In this document: one piece after another, positions 1 to 7,443 of the stretch
Numbering within the stretch: position 1 is the first letter of the stretch
How the letters are laid out: the number at the start of each line of letters is the position of its first letter
Source: Candidatus Zixiibacteriota bacterium
GTDB lineage: Bacteria > Zixibacteria > MSB-5A5 > WJJR01
Assembly (NCBI GenBank): GCA_036170655.1
Contig: JAVHPP010000054.1
Location: forward strand, 1-15,663
Direction: 5' to 3'
Length of the DNA: 15,663 bases
Position numbers and translations under genes: made by a program
Notes under the pieces: generated by a model
What the model was told of the DNA's origin: nothing
The model's input: only the letters and a program-made list of their open reading frames with translations
Database searches by the model: none

Positions 1-69
1 GGCGAGGCTCTTGCCGAGCCTCTTTTTGGTGGAGGACAAAAAAAGGCTCGGCAAGAGCCTCGCCCTCCC
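1..69. repeat. REPIN-like inverted repeat (two inverted REP-like units), truncated at the window start
   Basis: Perfect 21-bp inverted repeat: GGCGAGGCTCTTGCCGAGCCT (1-21) and AGGCTCGGCAAGAGCCTCGCC (44-64), extended inward by TTTTTG (23-28)/CAAAAA (37-42). Each arm contains its own palindrome GGCTC-N5-GAGCC. CTCCC at 65-69 implies a GGGAG head off-window. A related copy is at 10909-10979. Confidence 0.85.
38..59 (-). terminator. Possible intrinsic terminator formed by the REP arm, downstream of the response regulator
   Basis: On the minus strand GGCTC-TTGCC-GAGCC is followed directly by seven T (plus-strand A38-A44), about 80 nt after the stop at 140. The stem is only 5 bp. A second GC hairpin GCGCCC-TTC-GGGCGC is at 87-101. 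Confidence 0.4.
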
Positions 70-139
70 TTTGGGAAACCTCGGCGGCGCCCTTCGGGCG
101 CGGGGCCGTTTCATTGGCACCCGACTGGTATGGCGTCCG

Positions 140-1573
140 TCAGATCTCTGACTTCGATAATCCGTACTCTTTGATCTTGTACAGAAGCGAGCGGTAGCTG
201 ATCTCCAGTGCATCCGCCGCTTTGCGGCGGTTCCAGTTTGTCTTCCGCAACACATCGGCGATCAACTGTCGTTCCTCACGCTCAACGGCTGCCCCAACAC
301 GCCGCTTCAGGGAATATCCGGTCTCCGCTGTTGCTGGCGGGAGGGGATAGAGCGGGTCGTCAATGCGTGCCGTTTGGCGCTGCATCGGCCGCGTGGGACG
401 CAGAATCTCGTCGATAACCGACTCGTCCTGCCGTACGACCATCTGCTTGATCAGGTTTTCCAGTTGCCGGACATTCCCGGGCCAGGGAAATGCCATCAGC
501 TTCTGCATTGTCTGCGGCGAAAGGCCGCCGAATTTCTTGCCATAGGCATTGTTGTATTTCTCGATCAAGTGGTCTGCCAGAAGCGGAATGTCTTCAGCCC
601 GCTCGCGCAGCGGCGGCAGGGTGACCGTGATCTCATTGAGGCGGTAGTACAGATCATCGCGCATCTGCCGCTGGGTGATCGCCTCCTCCAGGTCACGGTT
701 CGTGGCGCACACGATGCGCACGTCAACCTTGATGGTCTGGAGGCCGCCCACGTGGACGAATTCCTGCTGTTCCAAAACCTGCAGGAGTTTGGACTGCAAT
801 GCCAGAGGCATGTCGCCGATTTCATCGAGGAAGATGGTTCCTTTGCTGGCAGCTTCAAACCGTCCCGGCTTGTTGCGATGGGCGCCTGTGAAAGCGCCGC
901 GCTCGTACCCAAACAATTCCGCCTCCAGCAATTCGCTGGGAATGGCGGCGCAGTTCACCTTGGTAAACGCCTCCCGGCTGCGGTGGGATCCGGAGTGAAG
1001 AAGCCGCGCCACCACCTCTTTGCCTGTCCCGCTTTCGCCGCGAATCAGCACGGTCAGGTCACTGCCGGCGATCTCCTCGAGGATACTCTTGACCTTGCGC
1101 ATGGCCGGCGAGTCGCCGACCAGGGTCTCAAAGCGTGAATGCAGAGTCTCGCGAAGATGGGCATTCTCCTGACGCAGCGCCCGTGATTCAAGGACCTTAC
1201 GGAGGTGGATCTCAAGTTCCGCAGGATCAAAGGGCTTGCTGATGAATTCCGAGGCGCCCAGCTGAATCGAACGCACGATATTTTCCGTGTCGCCGTGCCC
1301 GGAGAGCATAATGATGTCGCTCTGTGATTCCGCGTGCCGGAGTCGTTCCAGCACTTCCAAGCCGGACATGCCCGGCATCATGATATCCAGCAGGATGATG
1401 GGCGGCTTCTCCTTCGAAGCCATTTGAATCCCTTCATATCCGTCAGAGGAGGAAATGACCCGGTACTGGCCGGGAAGGCGCTCGGACAGAATCCAAGGCA
1501 CCTTCGGGTCATCATCGATGACCAGCAATTTGACGGCGTTTTCTGTCGCCATACTCTGTTCACTTGCAGACAT
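140..1573 (-). CDS. Sigma-54-dependent response regulator, NtrC/AtoC family (REC - AAA+ - Fis-type HTH), 477 aa
   Basis: REC motifs VIDDD, ILLDIMMPG, ISKP; Walker A GESGTGKE; intact GAFTGA loop; Walker B IFLDEIG; WPGNVRQL; C-terminal WNRRKAADALEISYRSLLYKIKEY. Start moved from TTG 1585 to ATG 1573, which has GGAGAG just upstream. Confidence 0.96.
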   Translation of the reverse strand: MSASEQSMATENAVKLLVIDDDPKVPWILSERLPGQYRVISSSDGYEGIQMASKEKPPIILLDIMMPGMSGLEVLERLRHAESQSDIIMLSGHGDTENIVRSIQLGASEFISKPFDPAELEIHLRKVLESRALRQENAHLRETLHSRFETLVGDSPAMRKVKSILEEIAGSDLTVLIRGESGTGKEVVARLLHSGSHRSREAFTKVNCAAIPSELLEAELFGYERGAFTGAHRNKPGRFEAASKGTIFLDEIGDMPLALQSKLLQVLEQQEFVHVGGLQTIKVDVRIVCATNRDLEEAITQRQMRDDLYYRLNEITVTLPPLRERAEDIPLLADHLIEKYNNAYGKKFGGLSPQTMQKLMAFPWPGNVRQLENLIKQMVVRQDESVIDEILRPTRPMQRQTARIDDPLYPLPPATAETGYSLKRRVGAAVEREERQLIADVLRKTNWNRRKAADALEISYRSLLYKIKEYGLSKSEI

Positions 1574-1684
1574 GTGTCTCTCCAATGGGTTGCCCCATTG
1601 GTTTATCGGAAGGAATGTGAAAGCTCTCCACCATTTCCTGCAACGCGGCGCATACGCGGCAGGAGTGTGTCGCGCCGTTGCAGA

Positions 1685-3820
1685 CTACCGGACGGGAAAT
1701 TCGAGGAAGAACGTCGTCCCAGCGCCCGGATGGCTCTCGGCTCGTACCTCGCCATCATGTGCCCTGACGATCCGTTGCACAATCGGCAGGCCCAGTCCCG
1801 TGCCCGTGGGTTTGGTGGTGTAGTAGCGTTCGAAGATTCTGGCGATCTCTGACTGTTTCATCCCCGGCCCGCTGTCCTGTATGGCGATGGACAAACAGGG
1901 CATGCCGGTCTTCGCGCAAGGTTTCACCGTAGTCTTCAATCCGAGTGTCCCGCCGGCGGGTATGGCGTCGATGGCATTGGTCAGAACGTTCAGAAGGGCC
2001 TCGATGATCTGGTTTTCATCACAGAAGATCGGCGGCAACTGTTCGGGGATGTCGACGGTCATGGTCACTCTGTGTTTGTCGGCCATCTGTTTCACCAGCG
2101 AGGCGGCACGCCGGATGAGCGGGGAAGGATCGCGACGCTCCGTGCGGTACCGTCTCGGATTGGAGAAGTCGACCAGTTCCGTCACCAGCGTGGCGAGGCG
2201 AACGATTTCCTGGTCGGTCGATTCCAGAATCTCGGCTGCGCTCGGAATCAGTCTGGTCCGGCTTTGCAGCACTTGCAAACTGCCGCGAATGTTTGTCAGC
2301 GGTTTGCGCAAATCATGGGAAATCTCTGACATCATGTTCCCCATCGTGACCAGCCGCGACGCGTTCAGCAGGGCGCGCTGTCGCTCAAAGATCCGTTCCG
2401 CTTGGGAACCGACCAGCGCGACCAGATGACGTTCATGCTCCGAAAATGACGCGGCATGCTGCCGTGCAAGGACGAAGACACCCAGCGGGTGATCAACGGA
2501 ACGAACAGGCACGGTCAGCATAACCTCTGCCGGCGCCTCCGGATTCATCTTGTGCAGCTCCGAAGCGATGATCTGGCTGCAGATTGCATCGTCGGAAATT
2601 TCATGCTTGTCGATCGTCACCGCCACCGGTGGTTTGTCCTCCCGGCTCAGCGGCGTATTGGCGGCTGACAAGACCACCCCCTTGCGATCCGATTGCCATT
2701 CCCACCACTGGATCTGATCGCACGGAGCCAGACGTTCCAACGCCTCGAAAACAACATTCACCATCTGGTCGGTGCGTTCCACCTCGGTCAGACGGTTGGA
2801 TAGTTCATGCAACGCCGTGACCTCACTGAGCTGGCGTCTCACTTGCTGGAAATGCCGGGCGTCCTCGATGGCCATCGCGGCCTGAGCGGCGAGGGTGACC
2901 AGAAGGCGCAAATCCTCGCGTGTGAATGCCGGATGATCCCGTTTGTCAGAGATATTGATGACACCCAGGATGGAATTCGGGGTCTTGAGCGGAGCGCAGA
3001 GCAGCGATGACGTCTCGAACCGGGAGCGATTACGGCGGCGGAATTGCGAATCACGTTCGACGTCTTCGATGATAATTGGTTCGCCGGTTGAAACGACATG
3101 TCCCGCGATTGAATCACCGACCGGCAATTCGGTGTGTCCCAGCCGGTCCGGGACAGCTCCGGTAGCCGCTGCCACCGTGAGCGTTTCCCGTTCCGGGTTG
3201 AGCAGCATGATCGAGCCATAGTTGGCGCCGATCACACCGATGGCGAGGTTGAGGATCGATTTCAGCAACTTGTCGAGTTCACCAGTGGTCGACAGGGCGG
3301 CCCCAACTTCATGGAGTGCATTCAACTCCACGACGCGGCGGGATAACGTCCGATTCTTCTCCTTGAGTTCCGAAAGCAACGTGGCGCGGATCTGGTTGAG
3401 CCGGTGTGTCTCGATGGCGCGCTGCACCGTGAGGCGCATCTCTGTCAAATCGATCGGCTTGACCAAGTAGTCATAGGCGCCCTCGTTGATGGCCGCGATG
3501 GCCGACTCCAACGAGGCAAAAGCCGTCATCATGACAACCGGACGGTCTGGGTTCTGCGCCCGGGACGCGCGCAACACGTCCATCCCGTCCAGACCCGGCA
3601 TGCGAACATCCACCACGACGAGATCAAATGAGCCTTTTTGCAGCCGGGAGATTGCCTCTTCGCCAGAGAGGGCTCCTTCGGTGACATGTCCGTCTTCCGA
3701 GAGCAGAGCCCGCAAAGAGGCCGTCATCCTGGGCTCGTCATCCACCACCAGAATGCGTCCTGTCGGGCGATCCGCGGTCCCCCGGCGGGCGGTATCCAAT
3801 TCGGGCCGTATCGTTCTCAT
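1685..3820 (-). CDS. Cytoplasmic hybrid sensor histidine kinase: REC - GAF - GAF-like - HisKA - HATPase_c, 711 aa
   Basis: REC (VVDDE, VVDVRMPG, LVKP); GAF (SLLCAPL...LGVINI...FTREDLRLLVTLAAQAA); second GAF-like domain (LTVPV...LGVFVL...FSEHERHLV); H-box ISHDLRKPL; N-box NVLTNAIDA; G boxes DSGPGM and GTGLGL. No transmembrane segment apparent. ATGA overlap (3817-3820) with the upstream kinase. Confidence 0.94.
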   Translation of the reverse strand: MRTIRPELDTARRGTADRPTGRILVVDDEPRMTASLRALLSEDGHVTEGALSGEEAISRLQKGSFDLVVVDVRMPGLDGMDVLRASRAQNPDRPVVMMTAFASLESAIAAINEGAYDYLVKPIDLTEMRLTVQRAIETHRLNQIRATLLSELKEKNRTLSRRVVELNALHEVGAALSTTGELDKLLKSILNLAIGVIGANYGSIMLLNPERETLTVAAATGAVPDRLGHTELPVGDSIAGHVVSTGEPIIIEDVERDSQFRRRNRSRFETSSLLCAPLKTPNSILGVINISDKRDHPAFTREDLRLLVTLAAQAAMAIEDARHFQQVRRQLSEVTALHELSNRLTEVERTDQMVNVVFEALERLAPCDQIQWWEWQSDRKGVVLSAANTPLSREDKPPVAVTIDKHEISDDAICSQIIASELHKMNPEAPAEVMLTVPVRSVDHPLGVFVLARQHAASFSEHERHLVALVGSQAERIFERQRALLNASRLVTMGNMMSEISHDLRKPLTNIRGSLQVLQSRTRLIPSAAEILESTDQEIVRLATLVTELVDFSNPRRYRTERRDPSPLIRRAASLVKQMADKHRVTMTVDIPEQLPPIFCDENQIIEALLNVLTNAIDAIPAGGTLGLKTTVKPCAKTGMPCLSIAIQDSGPGMKQSEIARIFERYYTTKPTGTGLGLPIVQRIVRAHDGEVRAESHPGAGTTFFLEFPVR

Positions 3821-5190
3821 GCGGTTGCCGTGCTCCGGCCATGAGCGGACAATGATCGCGGTATCGATCCTTGTGCATCGACACGCCTCAGACAGACGGT
3901 GAACACGGCGCCCTTTGGCATCACCTCTGCGTTGGATACCTCGAGGGAGGCATCGAATCCTTCCAGGATGCCACGGCAGATGGCAAGCCCCAGCCCCGAG
4001 CCGTGACCGGCTTCCTTCGTTGAAAAGAAAGGCTCAAAGACACGCGGCAGATTTTCCGGATCGATCCCGCCTCCCTGATCGGTGAACGACATGGTGACGC
4101 GCTCGGCATCGGCCGCGGCCTGTATGGAAAGCGATCCTCCCGTTGGCATCACGTCACGAGCATTGAAGATGAGATTCATAAACACCTGGCGTAGTGGGTC
4201 GTCGCCGGCGATCACCAGCGGCAGATCGTCCAATGCGCCAATCCGCACGGTGATTCTGTGACGCTCGAGATCTGGTCTCAAGAACTCGATCACCTCTCGA
4301 AGCGATCGACCGGCATCAACGGCAGACGGCCGGCTGGCCTCCGGATGGAAGGCCTGCAGCAATTGCCGGATGATCCGGGCCATGCGATCGACTTCGTCTG
4401 AGATCGCAGCCAGTGACTGTGTAGCGGGATTTGCTGCCGGCAATGATCCTCTGATGATCTGCAGGTAGTTCCTGATGATGCCCAGCGGATTGTTGATTTC
4501 ATGAGCAATGGCAGCGGACAGGCGTCCCAGAGTCGCCATTTTTTCGCTCTGAGTCAGGCGGTCCTGAGTCTGGATCAGTTCCTGGGCATAACGACGTTCG
4601 GATTCGTAAAGGATGGCATTCTCCAGTGAGACCGATAACTGCTCCACCAGCAGAGCGAGGAACTCGCGGTCTCCCGCGCCAAAGGGGTGGCCATTCAAGC
4701 GCCCAGACATATACAGCACGCCACGGAGGCGTCCACGCCGGAGCATCGGCGCGACCATCTCGCAGCCGAGACGTTCCAAAAGCTCTGTCTCCCGCCACCG
4801 GGCATCGAGCCGGGGGCGCAACTCCGAAAAGAGAACTGGCTGCTGCAGTGACGAAAGAACCTTGGCGAAGCCGGATTGCAGATCGAGCGTCCAGTCCTCG
4901 GTTTTGACCTCTGTCCATCCCTTCCAGCGGCAATCGGTGAGGGATGTGTCTTCGCCGGGCCGCTGGATGACCACGGCGGCCGCGCCGACGCCCAAATGGC
5001 TAATTGCGGTCATGATCATGCCGTCCAGCAGGGCATCCGTATCCAGCACGGCGCTGAAGCGCCGTGTGATGTCCAGAACGGTGTGGAGGTCGAACACTTC
5101 ACGCTGGAGGCGTTGCGCCCCTCCCGGTGCAGCGGATTCGGCGCCCAGCGTGGCCGCGTCCCGGCGCTGATTCTCCCGTTGCGCGGTCAT
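3817..5190 (-). CDS. Cytoplasmic GAF-domain sensor histidine kinase (GAF - HisKA - HATPase_c), about 457 aa
   Basis: GAF (MVAPM...LRGVLYM...FGAGDREFLALL); H-box AHEINNPL; N-box NLIFNARD; DQGGGI; FEPFFSTK; GSGLGL. Start placed at ATG 5190 (GGAG 6 nt upstream). The ORF-track extension to 5595 overlaps ccmE and crosses a terminator. Confidence 0.92.
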   Translation of the reverse strand: MTAQRENQRRDAATLGAESAAPGGAQRLQREVFDLHTVLDITRRFSAVLDTDALLDGMIMTAISHLGVGAAAVVIQRPGEDTSLTDCRWKGWTEVKTEDWTLDLQSGFAKVLSSLQQPVLFSELRPRLDARWRETELLERLGCEMVAPMLRRGRLRGVLYMSGRLNGHPFGAGDREFLALLVEQLSVSLENAILYESERRYAQELIQTQDRLTQSEKMATLGRLSAAIAHEINNPLGIIRNYLQIIRGSLPAANPATQSLAAISDEVDRMARIIRQLLQAFHPEASRPSAVDAGRSLREVIEFLRPDLERHRITVRIGALDDLPLVIAGDDPLRQVFMNLIFNARDVMPTGGSLSIQAAADAERVTMSFTDQGGGIDPENLPRVFEPFFSTKEAGHGSGLGLAICRGILEGFDASLEVSNAEVMPKGAVFTVCLRRVDAQGSIPRSLSAHGRSTATA

Positions 5191-5325
5191 CGCAGTCTCC
5201 GATCCGGTTCCCATATTGTTTTGCTCCGACAGGCGTGAGGTGACGGCCTCATCCCGGGCGCAGATCACACTCGCTTTATCGGCAGTTTGCTGGTGATGAT
5301 TGCCACGAGATGCTGTCAGAAAGGC

Positions 5326-5359
5326 AAAAAAGCGCCCCGCGCAGGATGCGGGGCGCTTT
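5326..5359 (-). terminator. Rho-independent terminator closing ccmABCDE
   Basis: Minus strand reads AAA-GCGCCCCGC-ATCCTGC-GCGGGGCGC-TTTTTT: a 9-bp pure GC stem, 7-nt loop and six T, about 25 nt after the ccmE stop at 5384. Confidence 0.9.
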
Positions 5360-5383
5360 GAGGCGAAAATCGACTGAGTTCTA

Positions 5384-5800
5384 TCAGACGCCGTCGGTTG
5401 CGGTCTTGGCGTCGTGCGGGTTCTGCTCGCCGGCTTGTTCCAAACCCTGGTACTTGGACGGGCACTTGACCAGGAGCCGCTCGGCCTCGAAGGTGCCGTT
5501 GACCACCCGGCCGTTGCATACCACCGACTTGGCCTGATCGAAATTGCCCGGCTTGACGCCATGATACGCGATCGGCAACGCGTGTCCCTGTTCATCCGTT
5601 ATCGTGAATTTCAGCACACCGCCGGCGAAGTCGTAATGGACGTCGTTCTTCTCGATGGTCCCCATCACCTGACAGGAACGATCAAGTTGCTGCGCTTCGG
5701 CAAAGCCCACGTACGGAGTCAGCGACCCGCGAAAGGCGGTGAAGCCGACAATGCCGCAGACGACGATCAGACCGATTCCAATGACATAGCGTTTGTTCAT
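5384..5800 (-). CDS. ccmE: Cytochrome c maturation heme chaperone CcmE, CxxxY variant, 138 aa
   Basis: N-terminal membrane anchor (YVIGIGLIVVCGIVGF); OB-fold-type motifs LKFTITD, YHGVKPGNF, VVCNG; heme-attachment motif LLVKCPSKY. Start ATG 5800 overlaps the ccmD stop (ATGA). Confidence 0.95.
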   Translation of the reverse strand: MNKRYVIGIGLIVVCGIVGFTAFRGSLTPYVGFAEAQQLDRSCQVMGTIEKNDVHYDFAGGVLKFTITDEQGHALPIAYHGVKPGNFDQAKSVVCNGRVVNGTFEAERLLVKCPSKYQGLEQAGEQNPHDAKTATDGV

Positions 5801-5907
5801 TCTTTTGGCCCCCTGCGGGTTATCCGGCGGTCCACACGCCACAGGTAGAGGACAACACCGGCCCAGCTAATCAGCACAGCAATCAAAGCGATGTAGTTTG
5901 AGTCCAT
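5797..5907 (-). CDS. ccmD: CcmD-family small membrane protein, 36 aa (below ORF-track cutoff)
   Basis: Manually translated: MDSNYIALIAVLISWAGVVLYLWRVDRRITRRGPKE*. One hydrophobic helix followed by a basic tail. Lies between ccmC and ccmE, starts 2 nt after the ccmC stop, overlaps the ccmE start (ATGA), and has GAGGAG upstream. Confidence 0.88.
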   Translation of the reverse strand: MDSNYIALIAVLISWAGVVLYLWRVDRRITRRGPKE

Positions 5908-5909
5908 GG

Positions 5910-6572
5910 TCAACTCTGCTCCTCTTCTATACGCGCCGCCGCCACGCCCAATTTGAGCAGCCACACGTAGAGGCAGACAAAACCGATGATCGACATAACG
6001 AAAAACGTGGCCACTGTCGGCGACATGTTGAACTTCCCCTGGGTCGCCACGACCACCTGATTGGCATCTTCATGCAGCGACCGGTACATACGGGGCAGAA
6101 CGAAGAATAAGATGGGGGAGATGGCCCCTCCGAAGATCAGGTAGACGGCGGAGAGGCGGCGACGCGCATCAACCTGTATGACCGCCTGCCGCAGGGCGAA
6201 AAAGGCGCCATAGAAGAGGATCAACACGAAGAGAAAAAGCTGCCGTGGGTCCCAATTCCAGTATGCGCCCCATGCCTGTTTGGCCCAGATCGCGCCCGTG
6301 ATCATCGCGACGATGGAAAAGTTCAGTCCCAGTTCCGCCGCCGTCGAGGAGACCAGATCGTGGACTGGTTTGCGGGTGCGCAGATAGACAATGGCGTACA
6401 CGGCCGCCACGATAAACGAGAGAAATGAGACCTGTGCCATGGGCACATGGAAGTAGAAAATACGGGAGGCCGCTGCCCCCTGCGGCAGCGAAGCCAATGG
6501 AGGGGTGCTGACAAACGCCGCAACGATGACGATCGTGATCAGGATTATCGCGCCCGCCTTGACGATCGTCAT
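5910..6572 (-). CDS. ccmC: Heme-handling membrane protein CcmC (WWD domain), 220 aa
   Basis: Multiple hydrophobic helices; IFYFHVP (first His); tryptophan-rich motif GAIWAKQAWGAYWNWDPR; SLH (second His); position between ccmB and ccmD/E. Confidence 0.95.
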   Translation of the reverse strand: MTIVKAGAIILITIVIVAAFVSTPPLASLPQGAAASRIFYFHVPMAQVSFLSFIVAAVYAIVYLRTRKPVHDLVSSTAAELGLNFSIVAMITGAIWAKQAWGAYWNWDPRQLFLFVLILFYGAFFALRQAVIQVDARRRLSAVYLIFGGAISPILFFVLPRMYRSLHEDANQVVVATQGKFNMSPTVATFFVMSIIGFVCLYVWLLKLGVAAARIEEEQS

Positions 6573-6701
6573 CCCCTGTCCCGCTTTCTCCGCATCCGGT
6601 CAGCAATATGAAACATGCAAAGGTTCCACCCAAGACGAATCATGTCCAAATGGGTCAGTTTTGACACGCGACAGCGACTTTCATCACGACGGACCCAACA
6701 C

Positions 6702-6747
6702 TTGTGGTGGAGGCATCCCTATTTGTGGTGCAGGCATCCTTGCCTGC
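6702..6747. repeat. REP-like palindromic unit preceded by a partial tandem duplicate
   Basis: TTGTGGTGGAGGCATCC (6702-6718) and TTGTGGTGCAGGCATCC (6723-6739), 16/17 identical with period 21. The second copy continues as the perfect hairpin GCAGGCA-TCCT-TGCCTGC (6730-6747), preceded by GTGG. Confidence 0.65.
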
Positions 6748-6759
6748 GTATGCCCCGCC

Positions 6760-7443
6760 TCATTCTCGCCACACAAACGGGAAAAGCAGCCACCCAGCCG
6801 TCGTCGCCACCACGCCATAGGCGCCCAGCACCGCGAATGAGTCTCCAAGGCCCGTCGGAATCCCGCCGCCAAAGCACACTTCCGTCACCCTGATCAGCAC
6901 CACCAGGAGAGGGAGAAGCACCGGGAATGACAGCACCGAAAAGAGCGCTCCGCGCACTCCCGCCGCCGCAATCAGCGCCCCGATCAGGGTGGTGGTCCCA
7001 ACCAGGCCCACTGCCCCTAATATCGACGTCGCGATCCACAATCCCCAGTGCGACAAGTTGATGTTCAGCATCACCATAAACAGTGGTGTGAGCACGGCTT
7101 CCAAGAGAAGGATGAGCAGCAGATTGAACCCCCACTTGCCAAAGAAAACCGCGTCATCCGGGGCTGTCAGCTTCAGAAAGGTCGCTGTCTTCGTCTCCAC
7201 CTCTTTGACGAATGTTTGTGCCAGAGAGGATAGCGCCGAAAAGAACAGGATCGTCCAGTAAAACACGGCGGCGAGCAACGCCGTGATGCCCGCGCCGCCG
7301 ATCGCAAAGGACATCGCCGTCAGCGTGACCAGCGCGAACAGAAAGAGCGCATTGACCGCGTAACGCGTGCGGTACTCCGAGCGCGTGTCCTTGACGAAGA
7401 TCGCCCAGATCCTACTGGCCGGCGACGAAGCAGCTTTGGGCAC
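6760..7443 (-). CDS. ccmB: Heme exporter ABC membrane subunit CcmB, about 227 aa
   Basis: IWAIFVKDTRSEYR, FVKEVETKT...LKL, FFGKW, LSFPVLLPLL; about six hydrophobic helices; follows ccmA. Start placed at GTG 7443 (AGGAGG 6 nt upstream); ATG 7464 is the alternative. Confidence 0.93.
   Translation of the reverse strand: MPKAASSPASRIWAIFVKDTRSEYRTRYAVNALFLFALVTLTAMSFAIGGAGITALLAAVFYWTILFFSALSSLAQTFVKEVETKTATFLKLTAPDDAVFFGKWGFNLLLILLLEAVLTPLFMVMLNINLSHWGLWIATSILGAVGLVGTTTLIGALIAAAGVRGALFSVLSFPVLLPLLVVLIRVTEVCFGGGIPTGLGDSFAVLGAYGVVATTAGWLLFPFVWRE

Noticed and set aside
115..131. Sigma-54 promoter-like TTGGCACCCGACTGGTA on the plus strand
   Set aside because: The -12 dinucleotide is GT rather than GC, and it points antisense into the regulator gene.
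5191..5595. 135-codon N-terminal extension of the GAF kinase in the ORF track
   Set aside because: It overlaps ccmE in another frame, crosses the 5326-5359 terminator and has no protein-like motif; a good RBS exists at ATG 5190.
6702..6747. Mini CRISPR array
   Set aside because: Only two 17-bp units separated by 4 bp; no spacer-sized intervals.
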